Program-made: the position numbers and the translations under genes | Part shown: positions 48,573 through 60,900 of the stretch, in pieces | Numbering within the stretch: the first letter of the stretch is position 1 | How the letters are laid out: each line of letters begins with the position of its first letter | Notes under the pieces: generated by a model | Told to the model about the DNA's origin: nothing | Seen by the model: only the letters and a program-made list of their open reading frames with translations | The model's database searches: none | From: Octopus sinensis | Taxonomy: Eukaryota | Direction: 5' to 3' | Length of the DNA: 64,000 bases | Assembly (NCBI RefSeq): GCF_006345805.1 | Contig: NW_021832224.1 | Coordinates: forward strand, 372,001-436,000

Positions 48573-50524
48573 CTAGTAAGAAAACACCAGTGTTAATACA
48601 ATAAAAAACATTCTCTTCCAATTTATATATGTCTTAATTTCAGACTTGTCTTTTGTAGTCGCAGTCGTGTATTTTTTGATATGGATCGTAGAACGCGTCG
48701 TTGCTCTAGTCGTCGTAGCTAAAACTATAAACGAAATAATTACTTGGAATGTGCATGCTTAAAGTAGATTGTTTAGATTTACCAATCTTATTGACCGCTG
48801 AGATTGAAAAATTGTATCGCACTGAAGGAATCATAAGTTTAGAAACATCATATGACGTAATATTTGAATTTAAAATTAATTGATTATTTAGTTTATTACT
48901 CTAACATATAAATCATATCTCTTATTTACTGTTGAATAATCAAGAACATATTTCGTAATATTGTATCCGTTGTTACTAGGAGGCCTCCAATTTACTATAC
49001 GGTTGTTGATCGCGGTAAAATAGTTTATTTTGCATGGAATTCCTGTTACAATAAATTTTAACAATTACCAAATAGCGGAATAAATGTTTGATCTAATTTC
49101 GGTGAAACTCCGTATTTATTCTTTAAAAATACATTCAGCATATAAGTTTGATTTATTTCTACGTTCAAAATTTCAAAAGAAAAATTTCCTTTTTTTAACT
49201 CAATTTTGTGCAATTCAGTTAAGTTTTTCTAAAATTAGTTTTTTTATTATACTTTTATTTTGATTTCGATTTCATATAAATTTCCTAGCGTTTTGTTTGT
49301 AAGATTAAATTCTATCTTATTCATAGTTAAGTTCATCCAAGAAATGTTCGTGAAAATTGGAAGATCAGGCAAATCTAAAAATTTCAAAAAATATTTTTAC
49401 AGCCAAAATCTAAAATTTTCATTTTCTTAATATTTCCGGCCATATTGTTTGCTTGGCAAGTTGCGTTATAATTTCCAGGGACTGACATTTTGATCTGCGT
49501 TTTTCCAACTTTTCTATAACCGATGGCATTTATGACCATCGAATTTTCACTATATGTCTATTTATTTAATCACAGTTATTTACATGATTATTAATTGTCA
49601 GTGATATATTTGGCAGCGGATGTCCATATGCAGAACACATTATTAAAACACTCTTATTAATAGGAAATGGGTCATTTACAAATTCTACAGTTGGTATAGC
49701 TATAAAAATTATTTGATCAAATCAATACTAATTATTATAATCTTAAAATTGAAGTATTTGGTTTCAATTGGAGTAAAAACTCCAATAACATAATTTCCCT
49801 GATCCATCAATTGTGGGCTTTGAAAAAAGATTCCATTTTTAAGTATTTTCATTGCAGTGGAATTGTCTTATGTTAAAAATAATTAATACTAAAACTTACA
49901 AAGTTGTGATTTCACTCCATCTATTTCTTTCATCCAAAAAGTAACTGTATGTTGGTGAAATTTTAGTTTTGGGATACAAATATAATTGTACGATATATTT
50001 GATGTCATATATACCGTCTCTGAACAATTTGGGAAAGTTATAAGAACTTCTAAGTATATTACTTTTTATTTCTTGCTACCGTCAACATGCAATACGAATT
50101 GGATCTCGGTAACTTTATACGTTTCATTTCCATAAGAACATGAATAATTTCCGCTCATATCTGGTGTGATTTGATTAAAATATAAATTTGCTGACAAGCC
50201 ACTGGGTCCTAGCAAAGCAAAGACATTAACATTTCTTGAAATAAATCTAGGTTACTAAATTTACACTGATGTAATTTCATTGTAATTGTGATGCCAACGA
50301 AGGAAATAAGGTGTAGGGAATGATTCTGGTATTACCGAGCATTCAATATTTTCCGAATTGCCACTTTGTGTATATATTTCTGATTTGGATAAAGATAATT
50401 GTGTTTCTAAATAAAATTAAATTGTGTTCTGATTTTAATGTAAGTTAACAAAATATGTTAATAGTAAACAGTTTGATAAAAAACCTAAAGAAAATTCGTA
50501 GAGCAAAAATAGCAAAAATATCAT
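48573..50524 (-). CDS. Ig-superfamily surface protein, ~531 aa: signal peptide, 3 Ig-like, 2 FN3, Thr-rich stalk, hydrophobic C-terminus; 11 introns (24-33 nt, one 78 nt)
   Basis: Manual splicing is in frame throughout; IECSV...W...DMSGNYSC, CSAYGHPLPNI...TCQANNMAG, VNWRPPSNNGYNITKY, YNFSISAVNKIG, TTTTRATT, RMFFIVLTLVFSY*; absent from the ORF track; first intron boundaries least certain. Confidence 0.82.
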
Positions 50525-51264
50525 ATAGTGATGATTAGAATTACTCATGAAAGCGAATTTTCTTTAATTATAATAAAAAAATCATTACACGTAAATCACA
50601 TTGTAATTATTAATAATCTAATAATTAGTTGAGGATCGATCATAATTATGGCACATTTAGATGTTTCAAATTAAATCAACTTTTATAATAGAATATGCTA
50701 AAATTATTTTTAATGGACAATGTTTTATTTAGAAAACACAACCATCAACTGAAAGATTAACCATTTCTATCTTCATTTGACGTGAACGCCTATATTAAAA
50801 ATTGCATAATTTTTCTTGAAGGAAATAACATTAGCCGGAAATAATTGCCGTGCCTTGTACTCCCGGGAAGCGATTTTCTACCAAGGTCATAGGAAATAAA
50901 AATTAATATATTTTCATGTTTAAAAATTCAAAGAATATCCTTAAGTTCATTAAAATGTCAATCTAAGCGATTTTGCAGAAATTTGATTGCCTAAATTAAA
51001 GTTTAATTTTAAATATAAAAATGATATACTTCTAAACAGAACGTAACAATAAACAGCGATCTGATTATGTTTAACTTCAATCCAAGTCATCACTAGCTAA
51101 ACTAAAATGAACAGTGACTTTTAATATGTATTTTATATGTTTTGTGTCATATAAATTGATGACATATTTTATTTATCCTCTAAAATAGAATCAGATTTAA
51201 AACTCAACATAAACAAAATAATCCACATAAAAAACGTAAAGAATGCCAAAAGAACGTTGAGAAA

Positions 51265-52669
51265 TTAATTAAGCTTTTTCTTTTTCTGAAGCCCAGCACC
51301 AGCATTAAATTTAAATAAAATGATATCCCCGTCTTCCACAACATAATCCCTTCCTCGATGGACCATTTTAGGTTCGCTTTCATCGGTATCGGAAGCTTTG
51401 ATATCATCATATTTAGTAACTTCCGCCATAATAAATCCTTTTTCCATGTCTGAATGAATTCTTCCTGCAGCCTGTGGAGCTTTCGTCCCAATCTATAAAA
51501 ATTTATAAACTCATTTAAACGTGAATTGTCCAACATTTGACCTCATCCTTTCCTGTAGTGAAAAAATGTTGCAATCCCATCGTTTCATAACCCTGCTTTA
51601 TAATCTTTTTTAAAGCACTACAAACAGATACATCAAGTTTTTCAATATATTATAAAAAAATCTAACTTGCTTATATTGTAAGGCGAGTTATCTCGATCAG
51701 ACTGTTCTTTTAATTTCTGTTCCAATGCAGCGCTGAAAGGAATCATTGGCGCTCCAGGGTCTCTTTCATCAATGGCGTTCTTTATTTTTCTGAGCCTTAA
51801 AAAATGTTAATTCTTTAAACGAACCATTTATTTTTACCTCTAGTAAAGTCGACTTCTGATAGATTTATGAGATATATAACCGGTTTGGCAGTCAAAAATA
51901 AATGCTTGTTAATAATTTCAATCTTATATGTGAATATATGGAAACCTCTTTATAAAGCCAATTTCCAGATCTCAGAGTTTTGCCTGACTCGAGAGTTTCT
52001 TTAAATTTCCCCAAAATTTCCTAGACTAGGAAAAATAGAACTACAAACAAATTCCATTTTGGCGGACTGACTATTTCCCCTCATTGGCTTATCAAGAACA
52101 CTCATTCCCTTTTCAATAGTCTGCAAATCTTTTTGCATGAGTTCCTCCGAAATAATCGCCAAATCTCTAATTGGATCAATGTCTCCTTCAGTATGAGAAA
52201 TCTCTCGTCTTCAAAAACTCCTAAAAAATTATAAGAAATAGACAGACTGATCATTTGGAAAATTCCATCACAGGCCCGAATGTGCGAAAGGAAGGCGTTT
52301 CCCAGTCCTTCCCCCTCGTGAGCTCCTCGCACCAGACCAGCAATATCGGTAACCTTCAAATAAGCAGGGACCGAACTAAAAAATAAAAACAAGTAATTTT
52401 TCCTATGGGGTTTAAAATGGTCACATAGCCAGTCAAATCGCTCGTCTGGGACAGATACCCGTCCTTCAGTTGGATCAATAGTACAAAAAGGATAATTCTC
52501 GGACGGGACATTGTTGTGAGTGAGCACGTTAAAAAAAGAGGACTTTCTAAAAAAATGATTTATATTTTGATCACCCAACGTTTGGTAGACCAACAACTCC
52601 CATTTTTAAGCTATGGCCTACCCTACCCAAATATACAATTTTTTCAGGTTCTTTCTTTTTTGGAGGCAT
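51265..52669 (-). CDS. OLA1: Obg-like ATPase 1 (OLA1/YchF), ~388 aa, 8 introns, one apparent 1-nt deletion at ~52203
   Basis: [82 protein letters not shown]. Confidence 0.93.
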
Positions 52670-52771
52670 TTTAGTTAGAAATCAACAAGAATAACCACGA
52701 TACTTTAATTAATTAAACATTTAAATTTAAATTTCCCAATTTCTTATAATTTATAATAATAAGAGAGCTGG

Positions 52772-55700
52772 TTTCTGGTTGAGTTAGTGACGCAACTCTA
52801 TTGCACAAAGTCTTAATCACATATGAGGCTACAAAGAGATTTTACTTTGCTATCATCAATGTCAGAGGACTATCTGACCTATCCAAGCGAAAAATCCTAT
52901 GCCGGGATCTGAATGCATATGGTGCAACTATCGGATGCTTTCAAGAAACGAAGGTCAAGGCGGGCTAGATGAGATACACAACGAGTATCGAATCATTCTC
53001 CTTCCATCAGAATCACGTCATTATGGGCAGGGGTTTGGCATTCATAAGACCTTTTGGAATTCAATTCACAAATACTACCGTGTGAACGACCGCATATGTG
53101 TACTACAACTGAGACAAAAAACTTTGACCAACACGGATCGAATAATCAGCATTATAAATGTCTACGCCCCACAAAGTGGAAGACTGAAGAAGAACATGGA
53201 TGAACTAGACTCTTTCTATCACATGCTATCAAAGACCTACACGAGTATAAAAACATCCTTCCTTATACTAATTGCCGGTGATTGGAATGCTAAGGCAGGC
53301 AAAGGCCGTGGTGAAGAAGTGTTCATGGGCAGACATGGACGGGGGATAAGAAATGCACCAGGTGAAATGCTTGTGAACTTCTGCAGCATATTCAAGCTAC
53401 TGCTATGCAATACGGTCTTTCCTCATGCGGCACGTCATAAAACCACGTGGACCGGGACTAGAAGAAACAAAAATGGGGAGTACGTCAACATCTATAATCA
53501 AATCGATTATATCATCTGTAGACAAGAAGAAAAACATCGATTGCTGGATGCCAGGTCATATGGCGGGGCACTTACACTGAGCGATCACAAAGCATTGTGG
53601 CACGATTGAGACTGAAAAGAATTTTTGGATCGCCTCTTTCAAAGAAAATGAATCAAACCGAATTAGATACTCAGTGGAAAAACTGATTACATCAGATGTT
53701 ACCAAGGAAAAATACTCCCAGGCAATCATCGAAAACCTAAAAGTAACAGAAACGGTAAAAGACCCAAACAAAAGCTGGGATTATTAGAAAAACTTATTCA
53801 CAAAGCTGCAACGGAAACCATTGGAACGACTGCATTCAGAAACCACTCAAACCCATTGAATCCAAATGTTGCCGAAATGGCAACAAAACAAAAAGCCATC
53901 CAACTGAAAATTGAAAACACCAACGACAAGGAGGCAAAGGAAAAACTCAAAAGAGAACGTAGGAAAATATCGAGAACAATCAAGAAGGAAAATCTTAAAT
54001 ACGTGAAAGCTTTATTAAACTCTCGAATATCAGAAGTTGAAGACTTAAAGGATGGTGCGCAAATGTACGCAGCCATCAGACTACTACGCCGACGACAACA
54101 GAAAACAAAACTGGTTGTGCACGATGAACATGGGAAAACAATTGGAAACCCAATCGAAATGGTAAATACAATCGCCGACCACTTCGAAATACTATTCAAT
54201 GGCAGGGCCGATGCTCTCGATGAGGGTGAAGAACGTTATCTAAACAACAAAATAACACACCTTGAAGTTTTGAAGGCTATAAAAAAATTAAAAAACAACC
54301 GTGCGGCGGGTCCAGACAACATCAACGGTGAATTGATAAAGTACTCCCCAATGGAGATCTCAACTATAATCACAAATCTCCTGAACGAGATGTTCCATGG
54401 AAATACCATACCGCCTATTGGGAAAGGAACGCTAATTCCTCTCCAAAAACCCAACAAGCCGCAAGGTCCTCTTAACAACATTCGCCCAATCATACTCTTG
54501 AACACAATAAGGAAAATCTTCTCGCTCGTAACACTGGAACGTATTAAGGACCCTGTTAATGAATATCTGTCGGCTAGCCAAAGTGGATTCAGGCCTGGGC
54601 GATCAACTGCAGATGTAGTATGGGGACATAGATGGATCTGTGCCATATCTCAGAAATTTAAAATGGCGACCACAATATTGGGCATTGATATGAGCAGGGC
54701 ATTTGATACAATCCGCAGAGACAAGCTAATGGAGATCCTCAAAACTATTCTTGACAATGACTCGATCAGAATGGTTCGCGAGCACTACTTATAGACACCG
54801 AGTTAACGGTGAAGATCGGACCCGTACAATCAAGATCTTTCAAAACAAGCATTGGAACGCCCCAAGGTGATTCAATATCACCTGTACTATTCATTGTCTA
54901 TCTTGAAGCGGCACTAAGAGATCTGAGAAAACTAGTGAAGACTACTTCAATAACTGAAGTGATATATGCCGACGATGTAGACTTTTTGTCTCATGATAAG
55001 TCGACACTCGAAGAACTGCTGAACATTGCTCCCCAGGCACTGGAAAAATGGTTCTTAAAAGTGAACATAGAAAAAACCGAATATGTAACAATCAACCGGG
55101 AGGCAAATAGAACAGACGAAAAATGGCGAAACTCGAAAAAAGTTGGACTCTTTTAGGAGATAGTGAAGACATTATGAGGAGAAAGATGCTATCGACTGTT
55201 GCACTTAACAAACTGCGGACCACTTGGCTACGAAACCGCGAGGTTGGAACGGCCTTACGTGCCAAATTATACAATGCTTTTATTAAACCCATACTTTTGT
55301 ACAACGGAGGAACATGGGGAATATCTGAGTCTGAATCAAAATCTCTTGATGCATTCCATAGAAGACAGTTAAGAATTCTTATTGGCATCAACTGGCCAAA
55401 GAAAATCAAGAACTCCACCCTATACAATATCTGCAACAGCAGACCCGTCAGTGTGGACATTACCGAAGCACGTTGGCGCCTATTGGGCCACATTCTAAGA
55501 CTCGACCAGGATGTTTATGCTAACTGGGCAATGGAATCATATTACGCAAAGGACGAAAGATCTGCGTCCCGAGGACGCCCACGAAATACATTACCTATTG
55601 TAATCTCAAAAGAACTACAACGCGTTAAAAGACAACTGAAAAATGGAGACGACCTAGATACTCTCAGGAGTATAGCATACAACCGCACATCATGGAAAAT

Positions 55701-55789
55701 TATGACCGAAAAGATAGTCTCATATGTGGCACATGTGGGAACTTAATTAGTTTAAATTACATTATGTTCCTATGACAGTGCTAATAATA
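52772..55789 (+). mobile_element. Full-length RTE-clade LINE (APE plus RT, ~3.0 kb), (TAA)n tail, 19-bp TSD ATAATAATAAGAGAGCTGG (52753-52771, 55790-55808); about four frameshifts
   Basis: INVRGL...FQETK, AGDWNAK, QIDYI, SDH, RPIILLN, QSGFRPGRST, DMSRAFD, GTPQGDSISP, YADD; TSD read directly. Confidence 0.93.
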
Positions 55790-55879
55790 ATAATAATAAG
55801 AGAGCTGGCAACCTACCATGTATCTAAGTGTCAAGAAAATCTTATAAGCAAATTCGTCACAAAATCACTGAAAAACATC

Positions 55880-57200
55880 AAATCTCAATTTTTCATCACA
55901 CAGAATCGCCCAAATTTGCAACGTTGAACTTAAGAGTCTAAAGCAAAGGAAAAATAAAAGTCGTAAAAAGGGAAAGGAGAAGGCTTGATATTGACATGCT
56001 TGGAATAAGTGAACTTCATTGGATTGACAGTGGTTTTTATCGTTTTGATGATTTTATCATATATTATTCTGGTAACGATAATGTGAAGTAAGATAGAGTG
56101 GCCTTTATTATTTCAAAAAAAATTTCACCTGAAAGTCATAGAATATTTAATGATCGGATAATAATAATTTTGCCAAGGATAACAAAATTGACCAATTCTA
56201 TTATGAATTCCAAGAAGCACTAAAACTGATACCTAAAAAGGAGATAATCTACATATTTGTGAATTTCAAGTAAAAAGTAGGGGCTGCCATATACGGATAT
56301 TGTGGGAAGTTATTGTCTGGGGGAAAAATGATGATGGGAACCGTCTGGTCTAATTTTGTTTGAAAAATAGATTTCAAATAACTAATAAATGGTTCCAGCA
56401 GCACAAACGAAGATTATATACTTGGTCTTCAACTAAGAATCTAATTGATTATATTTTGCGTACAAAACATGGAAAAGCTCTATAGCAGCTGTCAAGACAT
56501 ATCCTAAAGCAGACTGTGGAACAGATCATCAGCTAGTTGTTGCATGAATTAGAACAAAATTCTGTAACATTTTCTGAGTAAGTAAATTCGATGTCTCAAA
56601 CATATTATCGGAATATGCCACGAAAATTGAACACAATATTGGATTCCTGGATTTGAACGGAAAAATACCAGATGAAATGTATGACGATATGCAGTTGGTT
56701 ATCAGGACTGCTGCAATAAAATATATCAAATACAAAGTCTCACCCAAGAGCTCTGAGTGGCTTTCTGTCAACACCCTACACATTGCTGAAGCTCGTAAAG
56801 CTGCTAAAGTTTCTAGGAATAAAGACAAGACAAAAACTTAACTCTGAATTCTAAATGGCTGCCAAGAATAAAGCAAAAAAACTAAGATGACTATAAGAAA
56901 AGTCACACTAGAAATGCGTATTTACAAATAAAAAGATTATGTACTTCCTTTACAAAAATGACGAGGAAAACCAACGACAAGTATGGTGTAGTATTCGCTG
57001 AAAAGAATACGCGAAAGGTCTATATTCCAAAACTGTGTGCCCACCTATATATGTTGATAAAGGGCATAAAATCCTTGAGAAGGAATGCGTGTGGACAACA
57101 CGGAAAAAAAGCATCGGGAATTAAAAACATCTCAAGCGAATTGCTGAAGGAAATACCGGTAACAGGGATCGCCAGTCTATTTCAAAAATTTGGAAAACTG
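55880..57200 (+). mobile_element. Decayed RTE (BovB-like) LINE, APE region
   Basis: DMLGISELHW, WFQQHKRRLYTWSS, IDYI, YPKADCGTDHQLV; many stops. Confidence 0.75.
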
Positions 57201-57354
57201 GTATTAGGTTAAAGAAATTTACTTTCATTAATGGGCGGCTATATTTTTAAGACTCAGGTAGAAACCAAAAAATTGTCATTTCTGTAGACAATCATGAGGA
57301 AATGCAACTAATGGCTATGCAAATTCATCAACCAACTCATTGCGAAGACAACAC

Positions 57355-57810
57355 GTTATTATTATTATTAGAACCAAGATCACCGTCCAAAACATAGAAC
57401 TAATTAATCAGGTGATCCCGGCTTCTCTGAGGAGGGTCCTCATCTTTGCCTGGTACTGCTCCCTAGTCCCGACACAATTTCTATAAGGGCGCGGTGGTGA
57501 AGTTTTAGGGCCTGTAGGCCCATGGTTCCTTCCCAAGATTTCTTTAAATGAGGCGATGGATAGATGTTCATTCGGTCCTTGTAGTGCTTTCCGAAATCTT
57601 TCTTGAGTTTTTCGATTTTTTCACGGTTCGTTTGAGTGATAAACCCTCCCCACGCCTCACAAGCATAACTAATGGGGTGTTCGATGTATTGCCGGTAGAT
57701 TGATTGGCGTGTGGGGAATTCATACGTTTGGAATGGATTTGATGAAGAAATATGCAAAAAATTGTCGTTAAGTTTTAGAAAAAGAACATTGGACGTTTGT
57801 CGTGCCAAGG
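57355..57810 (-). mobile_element. I/Jockey-like LINE 3' portion with (TAA)n tail
   Basis: IYRQYIEHPISYACEAWG; terminal frame AKMRTLLREAGIT*; tail GGGATCACCTGATTAATTAG...GATCTTGGTTC(TAA)n. Confidence 0.75.
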
Positions 57811-57924
57811 GAAAATATATTAACTATTAATTCAATGGTTTTTATTGTTGGGTTTTGATATATTACTTTTTGCTGTTACAAAATTTCAAGTAATTACCTA
57901 AAATTATGCATTTTTAAAGATTTT

Positions 57925-60900
57925 TAAAATCAAAGCTAAAGCCATTGTTAAGGATTATCCGCAAGAATTTATGATTGTATCAAATCAAAGCTAAAGCCAT
58001 TGTTAAGGATTATCCGCAAGAATTTATGATTCTTGAGGATGGTGTATTATATTGTCGTCTCTGTTTGTGTAATATTAAATGCGAAAAAAGGCATTTTGTA
58101 AATTCTCATCGATCCTCACAGAAACATAAAAATTCATTGAGCTTATTCGAAATAAAAATTATTTTTTGTAGATTATCTGACCATATCACACCAAACAAAT
58201 ATTTACCAATATGCCAAAAATGATGATTGGGCTCTACAAGTAACCAGAGCATTCATTAAATCCGATATTCCGCTAAACAAACTATCTATGCCATGGCTTA
58301 GAGCAGGGGTCACCAAACTTTTTGCACTCGCGGGCCGGATTGACCCCAACACAATGAACGCGGGCCGGAGCACGTGCATAGGATTATAATTTTACTAGAA
58401 ATTCATAAGTGTGTTTTTTACAATAAAAACTAATTTAAACAAAAATAAAGTAAACAAAAATTTTAATGAGAGCTATGGAACTGTGATCTTTTTTGATAAG
58501 TTCATCAATATTTGGTTTTAAATTGCTGCATCCTATCATGAGAATTGATTTTAAGTGTCCGTCAGTCAATCTTGCACGATGGGCAGACTTAACATATTTC
58601 ATCCTCGAAAACGTTTGCTCACATTGGTAAGTTGTGCCAAATATAGAAATCATCTTTATCGCAAAATTCTTTAGTCTCGGAAACTCATCATCCTTGAGAT
58701 ATTCGTAGAACTCAGCGAGTTTGGTCCGTCTGTGACAATCTTTGAGCTGTTCATTTGATTGTAAGTCAATAACTTCTAATTGTAATTCATGTTGAACATT
58801 TTCAACATTACAAGAAAATGGATTTTCGAACAAAATTATATCGATTTCAATTTTGTCAAGTTCAGAAAACTTATGTAAAAAATGATGTTTTAATTCTTTG
58901 ATAATTCCAATTTGGAAAGTAATGTCGATCTCATTACAGTTTGCCTCACAAAAACTTTTAAAACAAGAAAAGTGTGAAAACTGACGTACTCCAAGTTGTG
59001 ACTCGAATAACATCAATTTTTGTCGAAATGCTTTAATTATCCTGTAGAAATCACAAATTAAGTTTTCCTTTCCTTGTAATTTCAGATTTAGCTCATTCAT
59101 GTGAGTTGTAACATCAACCAAAAATGATAATTTTGATAGCCAAGCAAGATCTGATAATTCGGGATAATAGTTATTTTTACTGGTTAGAAAAATATCAATC
59201 TCACTTCGGAGTTTATAAAATCTATTTAATACATTACCACAGCTAAGCCATCTAACTGCAGTGTAATATGGTAAGTCAAAATATTCAGATCCAAAATCGT
59301 CAAGTAAAACTTTAAACTGACGGTGATTAAGTGAGCTCCCTCGAACAAAGTTTATTATGCGAATAACTGGATTCAACACACATGAAATATTAAGAGCCTT
59401 CGCACATAGTGCGTGCTGATGAAGGATGCAATGAATGAACAAAGTGTTTGAAATATGTAATTCCTCCAATTTATTAGTTATTTGCCCAACTAGACCCTTT
59501 TTAGAACCAGCCATATTCTTTGCCCCGTCAATCGTAACACAACTCAGTTTCTCTCCATTCAAGGTTATAGTCACTTATAGTTTGTTCCAATTCATCAAAA
59601 ATATCTTTTCCAGTGGTTGTTCCATGAATAGAACAAACAGATGCCAGTTCTTCAGTTATGGAAATATTCTCATCAACTCCACGAATAAAAATAAGAAGTT
59701 GCGATGTTCCCGAAATGTCAACTGACTCATCCAATGCAAGAGAATACCACAACATATTACTTGTCTTTTCACAAATTTGTAAATATATATTTTTTCCAAG
59801 CTCTTCAGTTCTCCGTGATACAGAACTCGCCGACAAACTTATTCCATCAAATAAGGAAGAATTTAGTGGGCACAAACAATTAACTGCTTCAATAATGCAA
59901 TTTTTGATATACATCCCATCACTAAAGGGTTTCCCGTGTTGTGAAATAATTTTCGTTATCTCGTATCCAGCTCTTGTTACATTTTCATTATTTTCAAAAT
60001 TTTTTTTATAAGGCCTTGTTGAATTTGTAAAGTGCGTTTCAGTGATTCAACTTTATCCTCACGTAGCTTTCCAGTGTACTTGGAATATATCGGAGCATGA
60101 TTCGTTTCATAATGACGTCGAATGTTATACTCCTTCATAACAGAGAGATGTTCGTGGCATATTAAACAATAAGCTTTCTGCTTTAATTCATCTTTCGCAA
60201 AAAAATACTTCAATTCCCATAATTTATTGAATACACGGCATTCGCGGTCAACCTTTCTTTTCATATTAGACATAGCAACAAAGAAAAATTTAACGTTAAT
60301 GCTGATAAGTTTTTTTTCGAATTAAATCTTGCAAAATAGTTTAATTTTTTAATTAAAGTTTTTATTTAAGTTAATTATTAAGGTATTAATTGAATATCTC
60401 GAAATAGTGCGCGGGCCGGATAAAATGTTGTCGCGGGCCGTAGTTTGGTGACGTCTGGCTTAGAGAATTGTTTTAAGGAGGTTATGTGCGAGTGCCCTCA
60501 CCATCGAAGGCTAGAAGCTGTGTCAATCAAATCATAATTGATAAAAAATAGATAATTCAACAAAAAATTGTGTATAAAAATTTACTTTATTTCGTAGCGA
60601 TCAAAAGGTTTTTGCTATTGCGGATGAAACAAAAATTCGTGGCCAAAGATACGTTGCTGTGATAATTGGATCGTTGAATTCTCCTGAAACAACATATCTG
60701 ATATCGTTTAAGCCGGTAGAATCTGCTCCTAACAAGAACATCATTGCTCAAATAGTCGACGATGTACTTCGGAATAATTTGGTTCAAAGGGAAAATTTCC
60801 TTTTGTTAATTTCGGATGCCGCAAATTATGTGAAATCAGGTAAAATTTTATGTTTAAGTTTTAGCTGGCAAAATACTTAAAAATCTGTACCCCAAGTTAT

